Assembly (NCBI GenBank): GCA_003135855.1
Contig: PNBD01000042.1
Coordinates: 20,638 to 57,497 of the forward strand
DNA length: 36,860 bases
Direction of reading: 5' to 3'
Source: Deltaproteobacteria bacterium
GTDB taxonomy: Bacteria > Desulfobacterota > Binatia > Binatales > Binataceae
This document shows, piece by piece, positions 29,110 to 36,860 of this stretch. The notes below the pieces were generated by a model. It was not told where the DNA came from, did no database searches, and saw only the letters and a list, made by a program, of their open reading frames with translations. A program made the translations under genes and the position numbers. How positions within the stretch are numbered: position 1 is the stretch's first letter; each line of letters begins with the position of its first letter.

Positions 29110-29125
29110 TGCAAGTGCGGTGCCA
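29110..29125 (-). promoter_or_regulatory. Sigma-54 (RpoN) -24/-12 promoter
   Basis: The minus strand reads TGGCACCGCACTTGCA, which is TGGCAC-N5-TTGCA with exact GG-N10-GC spacing. Confidence 0.75.
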
Positions 29126-29206
29126 GAGTAGCGAAGCGTTCGCAGGCCAACTCTGTGAAGCGAACGAACGTTATTGTCACGCTATGTTACTAACTCGGCC
29201 AATACA

Positions 29207-29245
29207 TGTTCGAATTTTCGGACACCGTGTCCAATTTCTCGAACA
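29207..29245. promoter_or_regulatory. Two tandem TGT-N12-ACA palindromic sites, putative enhancer for a sigma-54 activator
   Basis: TGTTCGAATTTTCGGACA (29207-29224) and TGTCCAATTTCTCGAACA (29228-29245), with starts 21 bp apart, about 80-120 bp upstream of the -24 element. Confidence 0.65.
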
Positions 29246-29425
29246 CACACCCGAAACGCGACCACGTGGGATCGCGATCTCCGCCTTACCCTTAACCACA
29301 GACTAATCGGCCGATTGAAGAGCGACTTTCGCGTAATCGTCGAGGATGGCGATCGCCGCGCTATCAAACCTAGCGGGACCACCTGATTCCGCGATGACTC
29401 TCCACCGGCCAGCTGACACACGTCC

Positions 29426-30553
29426 TTACGAACATCGTTGGCTGCCCTCCGCCTGATTCATCTGCTGCCGATACTCCGCTACCGAAATGATACGCTGTGC
29501 GCGCGTGTCCCAAAGAATGTATTTCAAGGCTTTGTGAATGTGAGATAACTTCACGCGGGTCACATCCGAAAAGAGATCGCGATGTTCGTTGTGGCATCCG
29601 ATCAAACAATAGTTTGGAATTCTGGCGGATAAATGATGAATGTGGTGATAGGCAATATTGGCGGTAAACCAGTTTAACCAGCGAGGCAAAATCAGAAAAC
29701 TCGATCCCTCAATCGCGCCGGCGTCGTAGTCCCAATGTCTGCCGTCGCTCGCATAGGAGTGCTCAAAATTGTGCTGAACGGTGAACAAAACAATTCCCGC
29801 TCCGCTGGCAAGCGATGCGCTAATTAAATAAATCGTAAAGAACAGCACCGTACCGAATGCCCAGCACATCGATACCCAGATGCCGAGTAACACGGCATTG
29901 TTCCAGAACATGTGCCAGTACTCTTTGTTCGATTTCCAGTAGCGCGTTTCAAAACTGGCGGCGTGCGCCCTGATCGACAGGTTGGGCTGCGCGACTTTCT
30001 TTTTAACAATATGGCTCAGCAGGCTGATACTGCCCTTGAGCCAGGTAAAGCGCGGGTTAAAAATTACATATATAAGGCCGGCAAAAGGAGCGGTCGCGAT
30101 GCTGCACTTGCGTCGATACATGCGCTGCTGCGCGTCGGTCATCGCCGCGTATTCATCGACTGACAGCGTGGTGTACAGTCCGCGGTATTTTTCCCAATTG
30201 CCGTTGTTGGCGTGGTGAAAATTATGATGCTGTGACCACACGTACTGCGGCATGCCAGAAATGACGCCCAGGATAAAACCGAATGCGCGATTGAGCCACT
30301 GGGTGCGAAACAAGCTGCCATGGCCACATTCGTGCATCAGCGCAAAAGCGCGCAAAGTGAACAAGCTGATCAGCAGAACCAGAGCGACGGTGAGCCAGTA
30401 GGAAACGTGGACACTCAGCAGAGCGGCCCACCAAAGAAGCGCAATCGACGCCAACGTCGTCAGAACTTGCGTTAATGCCTTAACATTATCGGCCTGCGCA
30501 TGCCGACTAATAATATCATGCTTCTGTTCCTTTATGCGGGGGAGCGACGACAC
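29426..30553 (-). CDS. Membrane fatty acid desaturase
   Basis: Three His boxes (HECGH, HNFHH, HHIHH) plus QHNF and TM segments. GAGG precedes the GTG at 30553; the ORF is open to 30619. Confidence 0.92.
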   Translation of the reverse strand: MSSLPRIKEQKHDIISRHAQADNVKALTQVLTTLASIALLWWAALLSVHVSYWLTVALVLLISLFTLRAFALMHECGHGSLFRTQWLNRAFGFILGVISGMPQYVWSQHHNFHHANNGNWEKYRGLYTTLSVDEYAAMTDAQQRMYRRKCSIATAPFAGLIYVIFNPRFTWLKGSISLLSHIVKKKVAQPNLSIRAHAASFETRYWKSNKEYWHMFWNNAVLLGIWVSMCWAFGTVLFFTIYLISASLASGAGIVLFTVQHNFEHSYASDGRHWDYDAGAIEGSSFLILPRWLNWFTANIAYHHIHHLSARIPNYCLIGCHNEHRDLFSDVTRVKLSHIHKALKYILWDTRAQRIISVAEYRQQMNQAEGSQRCS

Positions 30554-30691
30554 AATCGGGCACCTCGGTTTCGAGTTATCATTTGTGGCCAGACGCAGGG
30601 GAGAAATCTGCCGGACCAACTATCTACGGTACCAAGAGGGTGACAGATCACGCCGTCAATACAACCCGTCAACTGATTAAATCGGACCGGC

Positions 30692-30880
30692 TTACCGCCG
30701 ACACGCGTCGCGCGCTGCCTTCAGAGTTCGCGCGAGACCCACGACGTTTACGCTATACGTTACGAGAGCGCGGAAGGTTTCGAACCGATGGCGGAGTTGA
30801 GTGATCACTATAGTTCGGCCTGACAAATCGATCCCCGCCAAAACATCGCCCGCCGTCGATCTAGGCCGAAAGGCGCGATG
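30692..30880 (-). pseudogene. N-terminal remnant of a retinol-dehydrogenase-like SDR
   Basis: FRPRSTAGDVLAGIDLSGRTIVIT is followed by a scrambled TGxxxGIG motif (NSAIG in a shifted frame), then FETFRAL...VVGLART. Confidence 0.65.
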
Positions 30881-30974
30881 CTTTCGGAAATTGGAGGATG
30901 ATCCATCGGAAATTGGCGGATGATCCAAAGGTTGTAATCGGAGCAGTGTCGCTTCGTGGACGTACGCAGCCCGC

Positions 30975-31526
30975 GGGCCACGATATCAGCGCTGGCGTAG
31001 GTAGAGGTCCACCATCCGCCTGCAGTTCCGGTTTTGAGAAGGTCGTTCTGATTGATGTTGTCACGTCGATTGAGCCACTAGTGCCCTGACAGACGGCCTG
31101 TGACTTGACCCAGTCAGGAGCTGTCAGACCACCCCAGACGCGCAATTTTACTAGCAGGTGTGTGTTGGGATTTTTGCTGTTGTAGAGCTCTACCGCCTGT
31201 AAGGCTTGATCGATTGGATTGTTCCGCGCCAGCGGCGCTCCTTCAACCGGCTGGAGTTGCGCCCAACTCGCGTTGATCACAATACCGGCAAACGAGCGGG
31301 CGAATAGTTGCACCTCCGACGGGTCATTAGTCGGAACCGCGCTCGGAGAGGTGTAAAAGCTGATGTCACCCATGTCCAGCAACCCTCGCATCGGCCCCTT
31401 GGTCGGAGTCGACCTTGGTGTCTGTCCATTGCCACTGCAGGCCAAGATGGCCATTGCAGCGGCGACCACAAGCGGCAGCAAAGTTAAGCGACGCGGCACC
31501 TTCAAACGATCTTCGGCAATCATCAT
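30975..31526 (-). pseudogene. Truncated secreted lipoprotein, possibly a glycoside-hydrolase-like TIM-barrel N-terminus
   Basis: AGGAG RBS and lipobox ILAC; GIVINASWAQLQP, IDQAL and VKLRVWGGLTAPDW motifs. A frameshift near 31035 gives TGTAGGWWTSTYASA, after which the coding pattern is lost. Confidence 0.55.
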
Positions 31527-31921
31527 CTCCTGTCGAGGTTCGACTTAGCATTTCGGCAAGCCCACTTTTATACCGCTCGACGATCGACAAGCCGACGAGG
31601 CAAAGACTACAGTGGCGGACCGTCGCGGGGTAAAATGCCGGTATTTCGCGCACTCATGCGGGGACGGCGAAAAGACGCTGAGATGGACGCAATGCGCACC
31701 GACTTAGCCGCGGGCGGAGAGAAATCCGACGACTTCCGCGACCATACCGGCAATTGGCGATTCTTCAGTCCCCTTTGACTACCGTGAAGCCGCGCACACG
31801 CGCGATTTTCGCGCATTCCTACGGAGAATGCCCAACATCGAGGACTTGATGGCGGATGACGCAAGTCCGATGCGAACTCCTCTCTAGAACCTAGCATGTA
31901 CCCTCCCCGCAAGCTCTTGAC

Positions 31922-32059
31922 ATGGGCGATCTGCTCGCCGCTGGGCGCGAGGTGTATGGCGAACTGAAAAATCTCCGCGTATGGGTCAAAGACAACGCCG
32001 GGATGGGATCGTTCTACAGAAGCCAGCACGAGCTGGTCTTCGTGTTCATCGCTATTTAG
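31922..32059 (+). pseudogene. Internal fragment of an N4/N6 DNA methyltransferase (phage/ParB-associated type)
   Basis: MGDLLAAGREVYGELKNLRVWVKDNAGMGSFYRSQHELVFVF fits the LKNLCVWxKxNxGMGSxYRSxHEL block. Not in the ORF track. Confidence 0.75.
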
Positions 32060-32152
32060 TCTATTTTACTTACGTCCATCGACAAATGAGATTTCGCCGG
32101 CGCAGTTAAAAGACCGCCGCGCTCAGAGTGGAAGACTTAGATAAACACAACG

Positions 32153-32170
32153 CGGAAAAGAGATTTTCCG
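32153..32170. promoter_or_regulatory. Perfect inverted repeat CGGAAAA-GAGA-TTTTCCG, candidate operator of the downstream operon
   Basis: 7-bp arms with a 4-bp spacer in an AT-richer intergenic region, about 50 bp before the ATG at 32220. Confidence 0.45.
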
Positions 32171-32219
32171 GATTCGAAGTTAAGCGTCTACTGCTTGCAG
32201 AACAATTCGCGCGAACCCC

Positions 32220-34748
32220 ATGACCAAGAAAAGAATCACATCTTTTCGCGTTTCATTGAATCGCACGTCGGTCGCGCCGCGAGATGTCCGCGATAACGGG
32301 TCGTGTCATAGCACCCAGCAAACGAACGTCGTCACAAATCCTCACAAGCGACTGCATTGTCGTTTGTGGTCGTTGTTTGTATGTGCCGCGATTTGGCTGG
32401 CGGTCGGCCAGGCTGTTGCTGACGACCGACCGGCTCTGTTTCCAAAGGCGCCGCGCAATGCGCTGAATGCCAGCGCCACTTTCAAAGACCGCGCCGACGC
32501 GATAGTCACCGTGAACGCGTGCGGACGGGAGCTCGAGTATCTGAACATCCGCGCAGCAATGGCGGGCGGTGATTTGGCACTCCAAGGCGAACGCCTGACC
32601 AGCATCCTGATCGCAAAAACCGAGTGGTTGCGGTCCGGGCGACGGTTTTCTGACCCCTGCGAATCGACCGTTCAGTTTCCCAAGGCGGAAGAGGCGAGCT
32701 GGTCCCAGACGGCATCGCCGACCCACTGCGCCGTAGAAAAAGGCCGCGTAGTGGAGGGCGACAACGTTACCGTCTCAGTGAGCGTGGATTCAGTTTGCAT
32801 GCGACGTCAGGTAAATGACGCGATTCGCGCGATGATGAAGGACAGCCGGTTGGGCAGTTCAAAGGTTCCCTGCATCGAGACTTTCCGCGGCAGTAGCAAC
32901 GGCGAATGGGATACCAATGATCGGGAGCTCGTTCGTATCCTCTATATGGCGCGCAACGTTGTATTGAGTAATCGGCAGCCCTTGCTTGAGCCGGAAACGA
33001 TCGACGCCATGTACACGAATTTACTCGCGGCGCGGGGTCCACTGGGACCCGCAAGCTACAACGTGGTGGCAGGCTGCGGCGATGCCGGGGACGAACTCGG
33101 TACGCCTGAAGACACCGCCGACCGGCACGATTGGGGTAATGAGCTGCTCAGCGGAATCAGCGATGTGTTCAAGTGGCTGTTCGAGTTCTTGGTGAAGTCG
33201 GCAGCGAGGTCATTGCAAGTGGCGGGAGCAACCGTGATATGGCCGTTCATGGTTGCGTCAGGAAACGATCCAACGGCTCTGTTTGTTGACGCTCCGGAAA
33301 TCCCGGAGACCGAGAATCATCGGTTACAGATCGAGTCATCACGTTACCTCACCAACGTTGACCTTATCGAGCGCCTCGATAAGGAAGGATATGCCCACGC
33401 CGATGAAATCCGTGATGAAAACAAGGAGGTGCGCGAATGGCTGCTCCGGCGTCTGCAGAACATAACTGCGCACGACTTCATTGAATACAACGCCAAGCCA
33501 TATACCCGATATAGCCTCGAATCGATCGCTAACCTGTACGACTTCGGGGACGACCAGTTGAAGACCGCCGCTCACATCGTGCTCGACCTTTCGAGCGCGA
33601 AATTCGCTGTGGGGTCGAATCGGGGACGGCGCGTTGTACCTTACCGGCGGCTCGTCGAACACGAGGGAATCACACCCGACAAGGACGAAACACATCTTTA
33701 CAACTACCAGTCCGGCGCCGATCACGAAGTGGCGCGCGCGATTGTTCTAAACGGGCAGACGCAGCTACTAGAAGTGACTCGCGAAGTGGTGGTGAATGGG
33801 CAGAAGCAGCAGGTTCAGAGGGGCGAGCTGCGGCGCCAGGAAATCGGGGTTCTCGTCAATACCGCCGTCAGTTCCTACCGGCTGCCCCAGGCCGTCGTCG
33901 ATATGGCAGTGGACCGTGTGCAACCTCTCTCGCAGCGAGTCGGCCATGACGGCGTGGAGCAATTCGAACAGTCCCCTGCATTCACCATCAGCGCGGGCGG
34001 GATGCACACGCCAGCGGCCTATAGCACCCTCGGTTTTTCGAACAGCAACGACGAGGGTCTCGCCATGCCGACGGTCATCATCCCGACAATTGCGGGTCTC
34101 GACGTGGGTAACCTGTTCGGATTCTACGGCGAAAGCGATGGCAGGGATCGCCGTACCAATCTATGCCTGTGGAAGGGCTTCGCGTGTGGCGTTCGACCCA
34201 AGTTGCCCGACCTATTCGCGGGATGCCAGACGGTTACGTCGACAAGCACTGGTACAACGGTATTCTTTAACTCGAAAAAGTGTTTGCCGGCTGTCCCCGG
34301 TCCCCACTTCTACCTTGCGGCCAGACTGATCGACTGCAACGGTTTTCCATGCCCAAACGGCATGCAGTGGGGCTTGATGGAGATCGTCGAAGCACCCGAT
34401 GCCAAAGAGCAGGACGACCCTGCGTTCGACTTGTTCCGGACTCAACGGGGTCTCGCTCTCGCGGCGTCCCAGGTGGATATCACCGGCTCGGGTGTCTATG
34501 TCGCGGCCAATGGCGATCGCATCGGCTATCGCTTCGAGCCACTGACAAGAGCGGCGAAAGTGATCACCGTCAACGACATCTCCGTGGAATTTACCGGAGG
34601 CGGTGGAAACTTCTCGGCCGGCGGCGATCCATTGCGGAGCAGTCCTATAAGTTCTGACGGCAAAGGCCGCGCAACGATCGTGTCCCCGACGGGCGCTCGC
34701 GTCGACATCGATTTTTCGAGCTGGCCGAATCCGAAGCGCTCGCCATGA
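32220..34748 (+). CDS. Large secreted hypothetical protein; central helical domain with ETENH and DFxEYNAxPY motifs, Cys-rich beta C-terminus
   Basis: 842-aa uninterrupted ORF with signal-like LWSLFVCAAIWLAVGQAVA|DD (the true start may be later) and many Cys residues. ATGA overlap with the next gene. Confidence 0.8.
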   Translation: MTKKRITSFRVSLNRTSVAPRDVRDNGSCHSTQQTNVVTNPHKRLHCRLWSLFVCAAIWLAVGQAVADDRPALFPKAPRNALNASATFKDRADAIVTVNACGRELEYLNIRAAMAGGDLALQGERLTSILIAKTEWLRSGRRFSDPCESTVQFPKAEEASWSQTASPTHCAVEKGRVVEGDNVTVSVSVDSVCMRRQVNDAIRAMMKDSRLGSSKVPCIETFRGSSNGEWDTNDRELVRILYMARNVVLSNRQPLLEPETIDAMYTNLLAARGPLGPASYNVVAGCGDAGDELGTPEDTADRHDWGNELLSGISDVFKWLFEFLVKSAARSLQVAGATVIWPFMVASGNDPTALFVDAPEIPETENHRLQIESSRYLTNVDLIERLDKEGYAHADEIRDENKEVREWLLRRLQNITAHDFIEYNAKPYTRYSLESIANLYDFGDDQLKTAAHIVLDLSSAKFAVGSNRGRRVVPYRRLVEHEGITPDKDETHLYNYQSGADHEVARAIVLNGQTQLLEVTREVVVNGQKQQVQRGELRRQEIGVLVNTAVSSYRLPQAVVDMAVDRVQPLSQRVGHDGVEQFEQSPAFTISAGGMHTPAAYSTLGFSNSNDEGLAMPTVIIPTIAGLDVGNLFGFYGESDGRDRRTNLCLWKGFACGVRPKLPDLFAGCQTVTSTSTGTTVFFNSKKCLPAVPGPHFYLAARLIDCNGFPCPNGMQWGLMEIVEAPDAKEQDDPAFDLFRTQRGLALAASQVDITGSGVYVAANGDRIGYRFEPLTRAAKVITVNDISVEFTGGGGNFSAGGDPLRSSPISSDGKGRATIVSPTGARVDIDFSSWPNPKRSP

Positions 34749-36361
34749 AAAGCTGTGCACTCATGCTTATGTGGTTGATCTGCCTGCTGCCAGCAAAAGC
34801 GGCTTGGGCGGTTACGACTGTGCGCTTGTGCGACTCCGACACGCAGGCCGGCGCAGGACCGAATCTTCAACAAGCGCTCGCGGGCGGCGGCACGATCGTT
34901 TTCGCGTGCCCACGCGCGTCGGTTCGCGTGACGTCCCCGCACCGGGTTCCACCGGATACCGTACTCGACGGCGGCGATGCGGTTACTTTGGACGGCCATG
35001 GTCTCCCCGGCCCGTTCATCACCAGTTCTTCGGGTCGGGTATTTGTTCGCCGGATTACGATCCGCAATTTCACCGGTCGCCCCCCCTCGCGTCCTCCGGC
35101 GCCCGGGTATCTGTCGCTCGGCAGGCTATGGGGTTCTGTGCTCGAAGTCAGGGGAGATGCGGAGCTTGACCACGTCACTATCGAATCGTGCATTTCGCCG
35201 CTCAACGTGTCTGGTGACCTTGTAATCAGCGATTCGATGTTTCGCGCCAATAGTGGTGCGGGGCCGGACGCCTGGGGAACGACCATCATCAAGCGTTCAA
35301 CCTTTCTGGCAAACGAAAGCGGGCCGACGTTAAGGAGCGGCCGCGTCGACGACAGCGCCTTCATTGAAAATACGGGTATCGCCCTATCGGTGTCCGAACC
35401 CAGCGGTCCGGTAGGCATATTGCACTCGTCGTTTCAGCGCAATGCACTTGCGTTGCAGCTTTCCGAGCAATCGGCATTCGGCGGCGTGGCAACCGTCTCG
35501 GTCCGCAGCAACCGGTTCGAAGACAATACGCGCGGCGCGATCGCTTCTTTCGATATCGTCGAATTTGCGCGCGAACGTGGTATGCCGCCCTCGATGATTG
35601 CGAATTTGGAACGGCTGCCGGGCGCTCGCTACGAGCTCGCCTACGATCGTTTCCTGCGCAACAAGGGTGCGCGCGGCGCCGCCATCGATGTGGACTTGCG
35701 CCGGAGCGGCGGAATGACGGTGGTCGGTGGCTTGTTCATTGGAAACGTCGCAGCGGGAGAAGGCGGAGCGATTGCGGTTCGCGGCGGGACACTGAGAGTC
35801 AGTCACAGCCTCCTCCGCAGCAACCAGTCGGTCGGGCCTGGTTCAGCGATTCGCGCCGTCGCAGGTGCCGCGGCACGGCTCGAACTCAGCAACAGTCTGG
35901 TCATAGAAAACGTAGGACCAGGCGCAGCGATCGACGCTGACGCCGCTGCACTTGCGAATGTCACGATTGCACGCAACGAAGGGAAGGGATTGGCGGTTCG
36001 GTCGCCTTCATCGGTCGCGAATTCGATCCTGTCGGATAATAAGTCCGGAAACTGCTCGGGCCTGAGCGCACAAGCGTTTCACGGCGGAAATCTGCAGTTC
36101 GGTTCGACGGACTGTCCCGGGGTCGCGGTCGGCGATCCCTTCCTCGACGCTCTCTACGTACCGGAGCTTGGCAGTCCCGCACTCGAGCTCGGGGATGCGG
36201 CGATCTGCCGTTCTGACCCCGTGCGCGGGACTGACATCTTGTTTCAGGAGCGACTCGGCAGCGCATGCGCGCTCGGAGCATACGAACGAGCGCCGTTGCG
36301 GATCGTCGAGCAGATGCGCAACGACAGGCCTGCACGCGGGCCTGCGGAGAACAACCGATGA
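34745..36361 (+). CDS. Secreted right-handed beta-helix (pectin-lyase-like/Pmp-repeat) protein with a C-terminal choice-of-anchor-Q domain
   Basis: Signal peptide; LQQALAGGGTIVFAC and VLDGGDAVTLDG; FxxN repeats with GAAI/GGAI; C-terminal GSPALELG..C...D....R...CALGAYE. Confidence 0.85.
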   Translation: MKSCALMLMWLICLLPAKAAWAVTTVRLCDSDTQAGAGPNLQQALAGGGTIVFACPRASVRVTSPHRVPPDTVLDGGDAVTLDGHGLPGPFITSSSGRVFVRRITIRNFTGRPPSRPPAPGYLSLGRLWGSVLEVRGDAELDHVTIESCISPLNVSGDLVISDSMFRANSGAGPDAWGTTIIKRSTFLANESGPTLRSGRVDDSAFIENTGIALSVSEPSGPVGILHSSFQRNALALQLSEQSAFGGVATVSVRSNRFEDNTRGAIASFDIVEFARERGMPPSMIANLERLPGARYELAYDRFLRNKGARGAAIDVDLRRSGGMTVVGGLFIGNVAAGEGGAIAVRGGTLRVSHSLLRSNQSVGPGSAIRAVAGAAARLELSNSLVIENVGPGAAIDADAAALANVTIARNEGKGLAVRSPSSVANSILSDNKSGNCSGLSAQAFHGGNLQFGSTDCPGVAVGDPFLDALYVPELGSPALELGDAAICRSDPVRGTDILFQERLGSACALGAYERAPLRIVEQMRNDRPARGPAENNR

Positions 36362-36860
36362 GCCGCCTCGCGACCGCGGCAATGCTGTGCTTGTGCCTGT
36401 GCGTGTGTGGTGCTGTTAGCAGCTCGGCATCACCGCTTGACGATGTGCTCGCCGCCGTTGCTGCGGAGCAGGCGGCACCATCGGTTCGGGCTGTACTGAA
36501 GCTCGAAAAGGAAAATGCCGTCAACGTCTACGTCGTGGAACGCGTCAAGCCCGATCGGCTGCGTATCGTTCTCAATCCCGATCAGTCTGCTGGCGAAATC
36601 GTGCTAATTGGAGCCACGACGTATTGGCGTGGACCCGCCGGCTGGAAGCGTATTCCCTCAGCGCGAGCGCCTGCGGTGGTACCGTTGGTGACGGGGCTGT
36701 TTTCGACCGGCCTCACCGACGTGACCGAACAGACTGCCTCGCCGTCGCGGCGGAACTTCACCGGGCATATGGCGTGGTCGAACCGCGGTGAACCCAACCT
36801 GGGCCAGTTGACGATTGCAGTGAACGTCGCGAGCAACTTGCCGGAACAATTGGTCTTCGA
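36358..36860 (+). CDS. Secreted protein with a LolA/LppX-LprAFG-like beta-fold; 3' end runs off the window
   Basis: The ATG at 36358 overlaps the previous TGA. MSRLATAAMLCLCLCVCGAVSSSA signal; ERVKPDRLRIV...EIVLIGATTYWRGPAGWK pattern; open to the window end. Not in the ORF track. Confidence 0.7.
   Translation, partial: MSRLATAAMLCLCLCVCGAVSSSASPLDDVLAAVAAEQAAPSVRAVLKLEKENAVNVYVVERVKPDRLRIVLNPDQSAGEIVLIGATTYWRGPAGWKRIPSARAPAVVPLVTGLFSTGLTDVTEQTASPSRRNFTGHMAWSNRGEPNLGQLTIAVNVASNLPEQLVF

Noticed and set aside
1-36860. CRISPR array, tRNA, rRNA, or diversity-generating retroelement/retron
   Set aside because: No regularly spaced direct repeats, cloverleaf or rRNA-like sequence, reverse transcriptase or cas ORF was seen by eye.

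Overview
GC-rich bacterial accessory region. The gene families and style suggest Candidatus Binatia/Acidobacteriota-like soil bacteria, which is inference only. The window alternates between long intact genes and a dense field of about 18 gene remnants. Intact genes: the C-terminal part of a large hypothetical protein, a VPS10/BNR beta-propeller protein with choice-of-anchor-D domains and a C-terminal TM tail, a VOC protein, an amidohydrolase, an NHL-repeat protein, hpaH hydratase, an outer-membrane beta-barrel, an RND-MFP-TolC operon preceded by a small secreted leader ORF, a fatty-acid desaturase, and a coupled three-gene secreted module at the right end. The remnants were damaged by internal deletions, cross-gene fusions, frameshifts and a nonsense codon. 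They include an IS3/IS481-like transposase with terminal inverted repeats, a CoA-transferase, PaaI, TetR, a hydrolase-SDR chimera, an XRE/PBP regulator, a fumC-sdhB-poxB-maeA-cpo cluster, an AAA/TPR regulator running into a NucS-like nuclease domain, a glycosyltransferase, an SDR, a lipoprotein and a DNA methyltransferase. Non-coding signals read directly from the sequence are a consensus sigma-54 promoter with two phased TGT-N12-ACA enhancer sites, tandem TGAC-N4-GTCA operators, and an 18-bp palindrome before the secreted module. No rRNA, tRNA or CRISPR array was seen. Family assignments are from motif recognition, not database searches.
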